A stretch of 32,000 nt of DNA from Nostoc sp. PCC 7120 = FACHB-418 (GCF_000009705.1 NC_003272.1:6060001-6092000), one strand, 5' to 3'; numbered from the stretch's first letter, positions 7,654-17,380 are shown. Notes: a model not told the origin generated them from the sequence alone. Program-made: numbers and translations.

Positions 7654-9003
7654 CTAACCCAAGCGCCGCAGTTGAATCTGATGCAGCCTCGGCCCATCAA
7701 CGGAGACTATTGTAAATTCGATGTTGTCGTAGCAGAAAATTTCGCCTTTTATGGGCATTTTTTGCAATTGATAAAGTAAGAAGCCAGCTAGGGTCTGATA
7801 TTGTCTTGTTAAGGGTAAATTCAGGTGCAAGACTTCGTTCAGGTCTTCTAAGTTAACCTGGGCTTGCACTAAAAATGTTTCCTGGTCTAACATCTGAATC
7901 AGCAAGTCTTCACTGCTTGAGGTTTCGCCAGCGTTGCCGATAATTTCCGCAATGACATCTTGGATGGTCACTAGTCCTACAGTACCGCCAAATTCATCTA
8001 CTACTATGACCATTGCAGGCTTTTCTTGCTGCATCATAGGTAATAGTTCGCTGAGGGGGGTATGTTCCGGTACAAACCGCACTGGACGCATCCAAGGTTG
8101 AATTTGGGTTTCTAGAGATAACTTACCGATCGCCAAGGGGTTAGCTAAATCTCTAAAATAAACAATACCGCGAATGTCATCTAAGGATTCGCCAATCACG
8201 GGGTAACGTGAATGTCCGGTGGCTGTCATTTGTTGGAGCAAGTTTTGGAAGTTAGCATCTTTAGATAGAGCAATAATGCCATTGCGGGGAATCATCACAT
8301 CTTGTGCTGTGACATCACCAAACTCAAAGATGTTATTAAGCAGTTCCCTCTCTGCCATCTCCAAACCAGTAGATTCTCTCTCTGTAGAGATAATTAACTG
8401 TAATTCTTCTGGTGTTACTGGTGGTCGCCAGCTTTGACCTGTATATTCAACGCCAAATAGCCGCAGCAGATAACTAGTGGATTGGTTGAGAATCCAGATA
8501 AAGGGACGGAAAAAACGCACGATCGCTTTTATAGCAGGCCCCAAAAAACGCGCTAGCTGTTCTGAGTACAGCATGGCGACTGATTTTGGACACAGTTCAC
8601 CTAACACAATCTGTAGATAGGCGATCAAGAAAAAGGCAATGGGAATTGACAGAGAATGAGCAACAAAATGATTCACATTGGCGGGTAATGGCCAGGATTT
8701 TATCCACCAACGCATGACTACAGCAATGGAACTTTCGCCAATCCAACCCACGGCTAAACTAGAGAGGGTGATACCTAATTGGGTTGTTGATAACACTCGA
8801 TCAATGTTGCGCTGTAGTGACTCAACTGCGATCGCCTGAATATCCCCAGATTGAACTAACTGATGAATGCGCGATCGCCTAACAGTTACGATGGAAAACT
8901 CGGCTGTGACAAAAAAAGCATTAATCACAATCAGCAGCAGTACTGATAGCAACCGCAGCCCCACATCTGTCAAACTCAAATTAGAAAATTCATTCACCGC
9001 CAA
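7654..9003 (-). CDS. CNNM(DUF21)-CBS pair-CorC/HlyC domain protein (hemolysin-family / putative divalent-cation transport protein)
   Basis: 449-aa ORF. It has an N-terminal multi-pass membrane domain with the characteristic NAFFVTAEFSIV segment, a central CBS-like region and a C-terminal CorC_HlyC-like tail. The start in the ORF track is a TTG, so the exact start is uncertain by a few codons. Confidence 0.85.
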   Translation of the reverse strand: MAVNEFSNLSLTDVGLRLLSVLLLIVINAFFVTAEFSIVTVRRSRIHQLVQSGDIQAIAVESLQRNIDRVLSTTQLGITLSSLAVGWIGESSIAVVMRWWIKSWPLPANVNHFVAHSLSIPIAFFLIAYLQIVLGELCPKSVAMLYSEQLARFLGPAIKAIVRFFRPFIWILNQSTSYLLRLFGVEYTGQSWRPPVTPEELQLIISTERESTGLEMAERELLNNIFEFGDVTAQDVMIPRNGIIALSKDANFQNLLQQMTATGHSRYPVIGESLDDIRGIVYFRDLANPLAIGKLSLETQIQPWMRPVRFVPEHTPLSELLPMMQQEKPAMVIVVDEFGGTVGLVTIQDVIAEIIGNAGETSSSEDLLIQMLDQETFLVQAQVNLEDLNEVLHLNLPLTRQYQTLAGFLLYQLQKMPIKGEIFCYDNIEFTIVSVDGPRLHQIQLRRLG

Positions 9004-9025
9004 AGTTTTTGCAAAATTTATGATG

Positions 9026-9140
9026 TTGGGGATTGGCTATTGGGGATTGGGTATTGGGTATTGGTTACTGGGTACTGGGGATTGGGGATGGAATTTATCC
9101 CCTGCTTCCCCTGCTTCCCCTGCTTCCTAGTCCCCAGTCC
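9026..9140. repeat. compound short tandem repeat: nine heptamers (TTGGGGA/TTGGGTA/CTGGGGA, complement of the STRR CCCCAGT type) followed by 3 x CCCCTGCTT and a terminal CCCCAGT unit
   Basis: Heptamer phase read directly at 9026-9088. The nonamer repeats lie at 9099-9125 and CCCCAGT at 9132-9138. The block fills the spacer between two co-directional minus-strand genes. Confidence 0.8.
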
Positions 9141-9842
9141 CTACTTATCTACAGGAATATTTGTGACTTCTAGCTTCAGTTTTTGATCGGGATAATCTGT
9201 AAGAGCAAGAGATACTTTTTTAACATCATCAAGTAAAGCCGTAGGGATGCTGATTGTACCAGTAAACGCCGGGCCGTTGGCAGGTAAATCTGCTGGCAAA
9301 CCTTCTGTACTAGCACTGAGAGTTCTACCCTTGTCGTCGGTGACATCTAAAAAGCTATACAAAAAGCGGACAGAATCAGCGCCTTTGTTCTGCATTTTTA
9401 CTTTTAGTAGTAAATCACCACCAGAGTAACGAGCAGATTGTACCGCTAAAGATACGCCTTGATTCTCGGCACTAACGGGAAAACCTGGTTGGAGTTTTTC
9501 CGTTACGACTTCTGGGGGTTTTTCTTCTGGTTTCTGCTTCTTGCCGTTGATATCCTCTTCGTCTTCATCCAGTTTTTCGGATTTAGCAACTTTAGATTTA
9601 CCTTCGATACGGGACTTAACAATTTTTAATATTTCTTCTTCTTTTAAAAAGGTCGTGGCACCTGCTTGGGAGTTATTTGCTTTACTGCTAGCAAACTTGC
9701 TAGTGGGGCGGCCATCTGGGGTAGTTACGCCTTTGAGGGCGGAACTACCCAAGTCAAATCCCAAAAATGCGCTCACAGAGCCTGCTCCTAACATTAGGAA
9801 TAACAAAATCAAAGTAAGAAGTACAGTAGAATTTATTCTCAT
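9141..9842 (-). CDS. hypothetical exported or membrane-anchored protein with a Lys/Glu-rich linker and a C-terminal beta-rich domain
   Basis: The N-terminal hydrophobic signal or anchor is MRINSTVLLTLILLFLMLGAGSVSA. The charged linker is KSEKLDEDEEDINGKKQKPEEKPPE. The start is placed at the first ATG (9842), because the ORF-track start at 9851 is a TTG. No family was recognised. Confidence 0.55.
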   Translation of the reverse strand: MRINSTVLLTLILLFLMLGAGSVSAFLGFDLGSSALKGVTTPDGRPTSKFASSKANNSQAGATTFLKEEEILKIVKSRIEGKSKVAKSEKLDEDEEDINGKKQKPEEKPPEVVTEKLQPGFPVSAENQGVSLAVQSARYSGGDLLLKVKMQNKGADSVRFLYSFLDVTDDKGRTLSASTEGLPADLPANGPAFTGTISIPTALLDDVKKVSLALTDYPDQKLKLEVTNIPVDK

Positions 9843-10046
9843 TGCTGACAAGCGATTGCAGAAGAATGCTGGTCTATATTAGCTGGTCTATGTTAAGAGT
9901 GTTGAAGCTGTCTGCCTCAATCCTTAACATAACTCAATTAATCATAGTTCCCACTATTCCATAATTAAATGATGTAGTATAAAAATCTAATAAATTATCT
10001 TAGAAGGTACACAAGCTTTACACTCTAAGATACAATTGTAAACTAA

Positions 10047-10119
10047 CCAGGGTTGGCCGAGCGGTTGAGGCAGCGAACTCATAATTCGCCCAAGGCAGGT
10101 TCAACTCCTGCACCCTGGA
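10047..10119 (+). tRNA. tRNA with a CAU anticodon, either tRNA-Ile2 (lysidine type, favoured) or elongator tRNA-Met
   Basis: A 73-nt cloverleaf folded by hand. Acceptor CCAGGGT/ACCCTGG (7 bp), D arm GCC(G)...(A)GGC, anticodon stem GCGAA/TTCGC with loop CTCATAA, 5-nt variable loop, T arm GCAGG TTCAACT CCTGC, discriminator A, no encoded CCA. It lacks the initiator features of three G-C pairs closing the anticodon stem and a 1:72 mismatch. The D arm, anticodon-loop context and T loop resemble plastid trnI-CAU as I recall it. A TACAAT box at 10031-10036 could be its -10 element. Confidence 0.85.
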
Positions 10120-10135
10120 TTTTTCAAAATTCAAT

Positions 10136-10166
10136 AGTCAAAGGTCAAGAGGTTTGACTTTTGACT
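10136..10166. terminator. 13-bp stem hairpin (AGTCAAAGGTCAA gaggt TTGACTTTTGACT) between the tRNA and a convergent gene, a possible bidirectional terminator
   Basis: Read directly. The stem has twelve Watson-Crick pairs plus one G-U. On the minus strand it is followed by ATTGAATTTTGAAAAA. The stem is AT-rich and lacks a clean U-tract. Confidence 0.4.
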
Positions 10167-10193
10167 ATCAGTTATGAACTTTGGCGAGTTATA

Positions 10194-10628
10194 TTAACGA
10201 GGTAGTGCTGTTTCAAACCGGAATTCCGTCCCCATCCTCAACTTGTTGGCATTCATTTGCGGGGACATGAGTAAGGATGTACCGTAGGGGTTAGGTAAAT
10301 CTGGTGTCCGCAGATAGGGATCATTCATGGATTGTTGAACGAGAACATCTCTGTAGAGAGTGTTAACTAATTCGGCATCACGGGCAATTTCATTTTCTGG
10401 GAAGGAATTGCGAAAACCAGAACCAGAACCCAAAAATGCGTCTAACTGCCGTTTGGGGGTGCTGTTTTCGTAGAAGTTGCGATCGTGGCGAAAGTAAGCT
10501 CGCTCAAATACATCATTTGTGCTTTCATAATTGGGGGTTGCTGTTTCGGCAGTCGCCACAGCAGGAAAAGCTATAGCCGTAGCTAATAGCACTAAAAAAC
10601 CACTGAGGGGTCTAAGTTTTATACCCAT
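10194..10628 (-). CDS. hypothetical secreted protein
   Basis: 144-aa ORF with an ATG preceded by GAGGAG. It has a clear Sec-type signal peptide, LVLLATAIAFPAVATA followed by ETA. No family was recognised. Confidence 0.6.
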   Translation of the reverse strand: MGIKLRPLSGFLVLLATAIAFPAVATAETATPNYESTNDVFERAYFRHDRNFYENSTPKRQLDAFLGSGSGFRNSFPENEIARDAELVNTLYRDVLVQQSMNDPYLRTPDLPNPYGTSLLMSPQMNANKLRMGTEFRFETALPR

Positions 10629-10729
10629 CTTTTTTACTCCTCAATTTTTGGGCAAATCTTCATTTATGCTTAATTTCAGAACTCCCATGAGTTCAACCTT
10701 TGGTGTAGCACAACTTTTACTGTTTTGTA

Positions 10730-11350
10730 ATGACGTATTCTACTGAAAGCCTTGCCCAGTCAGATATTTGGCCAGCCACTGCTGATGTATCTACTCTGCG
10801 GCGAAAACTGCTGGATTTACTTTGTCAACTTGCTTATAAAGAGGGTGATTTCGTTCTCTCGTCTGGACAGCCTAGCTCATACTATATAAATGGCAAACAA
10901 GTGACATTGCATCCCCAAGGTGCTTTGGCAATTGGTCGCATTCTTTTATCACTGTTACCTTCAGATACTCAAGCGGTAGCTGGTTTAACATTAGGGGCTG
11001 ATCCAATTGTGACAGCTGTGAGTGTGGTTTCTGCGTATGAAAATCGACCAATACCAGCTTTGATTATTCGCAAAGAAGCTAAAGGTCATGGGACTAAGGC
11101 TTATATTGAAGGCCCCAATTTACCAGAGGGTGCAAAGGTGGTGGTTTTGGAAGATGTGGTGACGACTGGACAATCCGCCATGAAAGCTGTTGACCGACTG
11201 AGGGCTGCTGGTTATGTTGTTGATGAGGTCATTTCATTAGTGGATAGACAGCAAGGGGGGGCTGAATTTTATCAGTCGGTTGGTTTGAAGTTTGAGGCGG
11301 TGTTTACAATTATGGATCTTCAACAAAGGTATCAGGAATTAGGTAATTAG
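10730..11350 (+). CDS. pyrE: orotate phosphoribosyltransferase
   Basis: 206-aa ORF with the PRPP-binding motif VVVLEDVVTTGQS and the flexible-loop region RKEAKGHGT. Size and layout are typical of PyrE. Confidence 0.9.
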   Translation: MTYSTESLAQSDIWPATADVSTLRRKLLDLLCQLAYKEGDFVLSSGQPSSYYINGKQVTLHPQGALAIGRILLSLLPSDTQAVAGLTLGADPIVTAVSVVSAYENRPIPALIIRKEAKGHGTKAYIEGPNLPEGAKVVVLEDVVTTGQSAMKAVDRLRAAGYVVDEVISLVDRQQGGAEFYQSVGLKFEAVFTIMDLQQRYQELGN

Positions 11351-11379
11351 CGGAGGTATGGAGGAATGGCGCGCCTGAT

Positions 11380-14300
11380 TTACCTTCCTTTCTCCTCCAC
11401 TATTAGTTTCATTTCCGCAGTGCGTCCAAATTCTTCTGGTGCATATTGCAGATGAACTTCCGCACCAGGCCAGGAAAAAGTCCCAGGAGTAACAGAACGT
11501 ACCAAATAATGGAGGCTGTAGACTCCTGGTTCTAGATGGTCGGCATAGGCGATAATGCGATCGCTATAAATATTCCTAAAACCCAGTTCCCAGCTATCGG
11601 CTTTTGCTTGTAATGCGGCGGTGGTAGTTTGGAAACTCGCGTCAACGGCTTCTAAACCTGCTGGTAAGGGGTCTTTAATTACTAGATGATCTACAGGGCG
11701 ATCAACGATGATTTCTAAACCAATATCAAACACTTGTCCGAGGGCTAAAGTCAAGGGTTGATCGAGGGCGTAAATTCCTGTTTTTCGTAAAATTCTCTTT
11801 GCATTTACTTGACTTATTTCTCGTGTTATGCGTAAGCCGTTGAAGCGTCCTGGTTGATTTCCTTGCAGGCGATAGTTATAAGCAACCAAGTAGTGTAGAG
11901 TTCCATTACCTGATTTTTGTAGCGTTAAATCATGACGGCCACGGGGTAATTGATTCATCGGTACACTTAACTGGAGGCTGGGATTTTTATAGCCTGTAAA
12001 GCGATTTTCTCCTAACTTTCTCCCGGCTAACTGCACTGTGGCAACAAAATTAGGTGGCGTGGGTTGTAGTTGACCATATTCTACTAATGCTGTTAGTGCT
12101 TGGGCATTATTATAGTCAGTTTGCCATGTACCATCCCGGCGTAGTGCCAGCAGACTTTGGAGTAATTTATCTATGATTTCCGGTTTACTTTGTTTGGCGA
12201 TAAATAAGCGTAAAGCTTGCGCTTGTGCTGTGGTTGGTGAACTCATCCATCCCCAACTAGGTGGTAAACTAACAACTGCTGTGCGTCCAGTTTCAGATAT
12301 GTTTTGTTGCAGCTTGTTTACTAATTGCTGAGATTCATCTTGCCATTCTGGAAATTGAGATAAGTATCGCGCTAGTTTAATTTGAGTGACTAAATCAAAG
12401 TTGTTACGTTGTTCATAAATATCTGTTAGGAAGGTGTTGCGTTTATCTCCCAGTTCTGATAACGCTATTAAAGCATTAAGTTGTAGTTGCCTTTTGCATA
12501 GTTGCTGTTTGCAAAAATCATATTCTCCGGGGTTGGCGAGAACTTTTTGCAAATAGGTTTTGAGGCGAGATAGCATTCCCGTATCAACTAAATTGGGGAA
12601 GACTTGACTGGCTTTCACTAAGGATTCAACAGAATAAGCAGAAACCCAAGGGTCTGATTTTTCTTGTCCAGGGAAAGCCGCAAAACCACCATCAGAGATT
12701 TGTAGTTTTTGCAATTTTTCGACTGCTAAATTTGCCTGTTGTCTAGAGTTAAATTCAGCAAATGTTTGACCATATTTTTGGGCAATAGTTTGCAGATTAG
12801 TCGCAATGATTAATTGACTTGCAGATGGTTCTGTGAATGGCAAATCATTATCTGTTAATACTTGTTTTGCTGGTGCTTTAATTTCGGGAATCAAAGTACT
12901 CGCCAACTGAATATCTAAACCGCCAGCTTCGGGAAAGGTATTTTTATCAACATTTAAGGGAATCTTGATTTGTTTTTGGCTGACACCAGTCTCAACTATT
13001 TGTTCAGTAATTTCCAATGGCTTGACTTGCAAAGGTAATTCAAAAGCATCGGCTGTACCATTTAGTTGAGTGGTGAAGCGAACTTTACCAACTCCCACAC
13101 TATCCGCCACCATTGGGAAGCGATAGGCTTGAGTTGCAGATTCAGCTTGGGTTTGCAACGTAGTAGTTGTCGGATTTTTACTGTTAAACTTCACAGCCCC
13201 GCTAATTTCACCGTTAATTGAGAGATTTCCTGTATTTCCGGTGTTATTAGTTACGGATAAACCAGCGAGGATGCGATCGCCTGGACGGACAAATTGTGGC
13301 AAGATGGCATTACTTAGTAGTGGTTTGGTGGTGATAAATGTCGCGTCTCCATTGCCAAAACGCAGGTTTCCATCTGTAGCCACAGCCATCACACGCCAAG
13401 TAGTCAAATCATCTGGTAATTTGACGGTTATCTGTGCATTACCGCTAGCATCGGTCAGAACAGAACCGTTGTAGTAAGCTAAGGGTTGAAAGTCGGTGCG
13501 GGTGCGAGTATTTGCTGCACCTGTGGAGAAGCCACCACCGTAACCCCAGCCTTTAGGTTTTGCGACATCTTGCGGTTGTAATATCACATCTGGACGGTTA
13601 TCAGTAAAGCGGGTAGATATTGGCTGTTCTGCATAAACAGTATCTACTAAATTCGGCGGACGATAACCAGAAAGTTGCAGTACCGCCTCATTTACCACCA
13701 TGACTGTTAACTGTCCTTTGGTGGGATTACCTTGATTGTCCTTCACTTCCAGTTGGATTGTTTCCTCTGCACCAGGTTCTAGTGATGCTTGTGCTGGCTT
13801 AACTTGCAGTTTTAAATATTTATCTTCCAGGTTAACTTTAAAAGGAGTAAAGCCAATTTTTACCAAGTTATCTAAACTTCCTACTTCCACTTGGTTAATA
13901 GGTTTACCTTGTCTAACTAACACAGCTTCAACGGCTGCATTTGGTAGCATTTCTGGCGTAACCCGAAACTGAATTTGTGGTGCGCTACCCTGTACTTTGG
14001 TAATTTGTTGATAAATGGGTTTATCTTTAATCACTGCAAAGTATAATTCTGCATCTGCATAGGGAGATTGAATTAAGGCGGTAGCAGTTTCACCAGCTTT
14101 ATACTCTTTTTTATCTAACTTAACTTCTAAAACATCTTTATCTCGCGTACCCCAAAAGACTGCATTTCCTCCAGTTACCCAAATTTGTGAATCTGTAGCA
14201 CCTAATTCATTTTTGGCATCACTAAAATTAACTCTAATTCGATATGTACCAGATTCAGGTGGGGTTAAATTTACCGATTGCGGATTACTAGTAGATGTAA

Positions 14301-17100
14301 TTTCTGTTTGGGCGACTGTTTTATATTCAACTTGATTTTTTGGCGTTTGGCTACCTTCTACCAATTGAGTGACGCTGCTGTATTTTATCTGTTGCAATTC
14401 CAGTCGGACTCGTTGACCTGTGATTAGTTTTCCAGTAGGGTCAGCAATAATCACTTCAATGGGAAAAGCCTTACCTGCATCAGCAATAAAATTACTTTTT
14501 AAACCGATTAAACGATTACTTGGTAAAGCTGTAAAACTTTGAGAATTGGCTACAGAAAGATTAGAGACATCAGCAACTTGTACATCTACTCGATAAGTCA
14601 TAGGATATGGTAAATCTTTAGCCACATTTACCATTTGGCTACTTTTATCATTACCATCTAACTGAGAATTACTTTGCAATACATCACTAGATATAGTGGG
14701 GGCTTCTTCCGGCCAAAACCATTGGCGACCAAAAGTAAACTCTTCCCAACCTTTAGGGATAAAATTAGCTTGTTGACGAGTAATAAAATATTTCGCTTCT
14801 CCACCTTCTACAGGCGCACCAAATAAATAATTGCTTGTAGCATTAATATCAACATCATCGCCAATATAAGCAAACTCTTTATCTAGCTTGACTTCGACTT
14901 TAAAATTAGGTGGTTTGAACTCAGCCACCCGAAATTCTCCAGAAATTTCCAGACCATTCTTGCCTTTAGCTTGAATTGTGTAGTAGCCTAAGCCTTGAGT
15001 TTTATTGATGGGCATTTCTAAAGAAAATGTCCCAAACTCATTTGTAGTTTGTGTCCCTAAACTGGTCTTTTGTCCATCAGGATTTACCAACGTTATTTGG
15101 TAGTCAGCGTTTTTATCTTGCTGTATGACACCATTTTGTAAGTAATCAGCAAAACCAGTAAACCAAGCTTTTTCTCCTGATTGATACAACTGTCTATCTG
15201 AAAAAATTACTCCCCTTGATTCCGGTTTATTCCCTTGCCAACCTGCATCAATACCATATCCATAAACACCGCTATATTCTTCAGTTCTAGTAAATGCCCA
15301 ATCTTCCTTTTCACTGGCAATTACTAATAATTCTGGTGATTTAATAGAATTTTGACTACCAGCAGTGCATTGCTGTAATGCTTCACGATTAACTCTAAAA
15401 GTCCCATTTTCATCGGTTTTACCTGTCGCACAAGGTACAGGTTCAGGGCGAGATTTTGCTTGCAATTTTGATTGATAAATTTCTATAACAGCCGCTTTTA
15501 CTGGCGCACCATCTGTTAAATGATTCACCCGAATTAATCCCGATTCAGGAAACCATTGACTAAATACACCCAAATTAGTCAATTCCACCAAACCATAAGT
15601 CGTAGGTTCTCGCCACAACTCTTTACCATTTTCCTGATATTTATTAGTACGGGCTTGGACTCCATAAGCTAACATTCCCGTCTTAGCGTTGATTTTTTCT
15701 CGCAAAGGTACAGTTACATCAACTGACTGATTTTTCTTACCTGATACCTGGAAGCTTTTCCATTCAGCAGGTTTTGGTAATAAATCATTACCGTAGTTAA
15801 AATAAACCAAATCTGTTGGTTTAACTACTCGATAAGCAGCCTGATATTTAGATTCTGGTAAATTTACAGTACTAATATTTAACCGTAAATCTTTACCTGC
15901 GGGAAAAATATTCAAGTCTGAGGGAACCCAGATATCCCCTGCTAAATCTCCAGTATCATATTTAAGTGAAACAGGTTTACCTAAAGTCTGTCCAAACTTA
16001 TCTTGGAGATTTTCGCCGATAGTAATTGTATAAGTCTTAGCTGGTTCTAAGGCATAAGGATTAATCCCGATAATTCTATCTTCATCATTAACTTGTAAAA
16101 GTCGAGAAATATCTTTTGGTGCTGGGTTAATTTTAATATTGGTTTTAGCTGATTCAGCCACCAATATATTATTAAATTCTAACTGCGGACTACCTTTAAT
16201 AAATCTTCCATAAGTTCCCCCTGCATCTGGTTGTCCATAAAAGTTAATTTTTTGAAAAGCCAAAGGCGAATAAGTTGACAACTTACTAACAAATTCTCTA
16301 TCTGTAACTAGGTTGCCATAAGCAGGACGTATTCCCGGAGAGAATACTAAACGGTAACGAGTAGCTGTTTTCAGATTTTTTTGAGGTCTGAGATTATAAA
16401 TCCAATTACGTGCTGAAGGGTCAAATTTCTTGAGAGGTTCTTCCTTATCTAGAGGTTTTTCTTCCTTGTTTAAGGTTACTTGGAAACGCAAACCCTCATT
16501 TTTACCTTCTGGGATTAGCTGTAAATGTTCTTGTACAGAAGCTAAATCTAGTTCTACATTAGATGTAAATTGTAACTTTGGCTGTAAATCAATAGGTTCA
16601 GCATCAGCTTTCTCAATCGGATTCACACCGGGTAAATTTGTTAAATTGATAGATTGAGTATTAAAAGTCCAAGATAAATCTTTGTCTAAACGATGATTTT
16701 TTAAATCTGCTAAACCTGCTTTGAGAGTAACTTGTAATCTTGTGGCTATTGGCAATGCTTTATCAGCTTGAAAACCTACCATGCGCGGTGTCAAAAAACG
16801 AAATTGTCCCGGTAATGGCGGCCAAAGGGCAAACTTTTGTAATAACTGCTGTTGTTCTGGACTGTCTAGACTTTCAACTGGTATTAAAGCCTCTTTAAAA
16901 CGAATACGGATTTGGTTCAGAGGTTGGGCTTCTCCGATGGGACTAATTTGTTCAATCCAGTCCGGTAATTTTGGCGGTGTGAGTGGGGAAACTGCTGGTA
17001 ATGGTTCCCTACCTGAGTTGATACCAAAAAAATTACATCCCCCTATTCCTAACACCAACGTTAGAACAATAAAACACCGTATACAGACTCTAATAATCAT
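11380..17100 (-). CDS. bacterial alpha-2-macroglobulin family lipoprotein (YfhM/ECAM-like architecture, no CxEQ thioester motif)
   Basis: 1906-aa ORF. The N-terminal signal peptide has a lipobox-like LGIGGC. Macroglobulin-family hallmarks include LPDDLTTWRVMAVATD, FVRPGD, the TED-like ISDGGFAAFPG and the C-terminal DPLPAGLEAVD. The size matches bacterial A2Ms and the gene is divergent from pbpC. Cysteines occur only in the signal region, PVPCATG, QQCTAG and DFCKQQLCKR. Confidence 0.9.
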   Translation of the reverse strand: MIIRVCIRCFIVLTLVLGIGGCNFFGINSGREPLPAVSPLTPPKLPDWIEQISPIGEAQPLNQIRIRFKEALIPVESLDSPEQQQLLQKFALWPPLPGQFRFLTPRMVGFQADKALPIATRLQVTLKAGLADLKNHRLDKDLSWTFNTQSINLTNLPGVNPIEKADAEPIDLQPKLQFTSNVELDLASVQEHLQLIPEGKNEGLRFQVTLNKEEKPLDKEEPLKKFDPSARNWIYNLRPQKNLKTATRYRLVFSPGIRPAYGNLVTDREFVSKLSTYSPLAFQKINFYGQPDAGGTYGRFIKGSPQLEFNNILVAESAKTNIKINPAPKDISRLLQVNDEDRIIGINPYALEPAKTYTITIGENLQDKFGQTLGKPVSLKYDTGDLAGDIWVPSDLNIFPAGKDLRLNISTVNLPESKYQAAYRVVKPTDLVYFNYGNDLLPKPAEWKSFQVSGKKNQSVDVTVPLREKINAKTGMLAYGVQARTNKYQENGKELWREPTTYGLVELTNLGVFSQWFPESGLIRVNHLTDGAPVKAAVIEIYQSKLQAKSRPEPVPCATGKTDENGTFRVNREALQQCTAGSQNSIKSPELLVIASEKEDWAFTRTEEYSGVYGYGIDAGWQGNKPESRGVIFSDRQLYQSGEKAWFTGFADYLQNGVIQQDKNADYQITLVNPDGQKTSLGTQTTNEFGTFSLEMPINKTQGLGYYTIQAKGKNGLEISGEFRVAEFKPPNFKVEVKLDKEFAYIGDDVDINATSNYLFGAPVEGGEAKYFITRQQANFIPKGWEEFTFGRQWFWPEEAPTISSDVLQSNSQLDGNDKSSQMVNVAKDLPYPMTYRVDVQVADVSNLSVANSQSFTALPSNRLIGLKSNFIADAGKAFPIEVIIADPTGKLITGQRVRLELQQIKYSSVTQLVEGSQTPKNQVEYKTVAQTEITSTSNPQSVNLTPPESGTYRIRVNFSDAKNELGATDSQIWVTGGNAVFWGTRDKDVLEVKLDKKEYKAGETATALIQSPYADAELYFAVIKDKPIYQQITKVQGSAPQIQFRVTPEMLPNAAVEAVLVRQGKPINQVEVGSLDNLVKIGFTPFKVNLEDKYLKLQVKPAQASLEPGAEETIQLEVKDNQGNPTKGQLTVMVVNEAVLQLSGYRPPNLVDTVYAEQPISTRFTDNRPDVILQPQDVAKPKGWGYGGGFSTGAANTRTRTDFQPLAYYNGSVLTDASGNAQITVKLPDDLTTWRVMAVATDGNLRFGNGDATFITTKPLLSNAILPQFVRPGDRILAGLSVTNNTGNTGNLSINGEISGAVKFNSKNPTTTTLQTQAESATQAYRFPMVADSVGVGKVRFTTQLNGTADAFELPLQVKPLEITEQIVETGVSQKQIKIPLNVDKNTFPEAGGLDIQLASTLIPEIKAPAKQVLTDNDLPFTEPSASQLIIATNLQTIAQKYGQTFAEFNSRQQANLAVEKLQKLQISDGGFAAFPGQEKSDPWVSAYSVESLVKASQVFPNLVDTGMLSRLKTYLQKVLANPGEYDFCKQQLCKRQLQLNALIALSELGDKRNTFLTDIYEQRNNFDLVTQIKLARYLSQFPEWQDESQQLVNKLQQNISETGRTAVVSLPPSWGWMSSPTTAQAQALRLFIAKQSKPEIIDKLLQSLLALRRDGTWQTDYNNAQALTALVEYGQLQPTPPNFVATVQLAGRKLGENRFTGYKNPSLQLSVPMNQLPRGRHDLTLQKSGNGTLHYLVAYNYRLQGNQPGRFNGLRITREISQVNAKRILRKTGIYALDQPLTLALGQVFDIGLEIIVDRPVDHLVIKDPLPAGLEAVDASFQTTTAALQAKADSWELGFRNIYSDRIIAYADHLEPGVYSLHYLVRSVTPGTFSWPGAEVHLQYAPEEFGRTAEMKLIVEEKGR

Positions 17101-17380
17101 ATTTTTATAAATTTAAGATTAAAAATTACAGCAACTAGTCTCATCCCACCTCTCTTAAAATCTGCGCCCCTCCGCGCCAACCCCCACACTCCTTTGGATT
17201 TAAAAATCAAAATTTATTTACATAGATAACCAATCAAAAGCAGTAATTCCAAAAAACAACTACAATTCTTAACTATGAATTATTTTTAATTTTATTATTA
17301 AGGAATAGACATACTTACTGATGTAGATATCATCGCCACGGCAAAATTAAAGTAAATTCTCTTAAACAGGGTACTCCCTG

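Noticed and set aside
8867-9130. Plus-strand 87-aa ORF ending in GIGYWGLGIGYWLLGTGDWGW...SPASPASPAS.
   Set aside because: Its repetitive peptide is simply the translation of the STRR heptamer and nonamer arrays. Its 5' half is antisense to the CNNM-family gene.
596-9140. Short tandem repeats as a possible CRISPR array.
   Set aside because: The units are 7-9 bp and directly abutting with no spacers, and no cas genes are present. These are STRR-type microsatellites.
11366-11373. GGCGCGCC 8-bp GC palindrome in the 29-bp gap between convergent pyrE and the A2M gene.
   Set aside because: It is too short, with no flanking stem or T-tract, to call a terminator or binding site. It is probably a chance occurrence.
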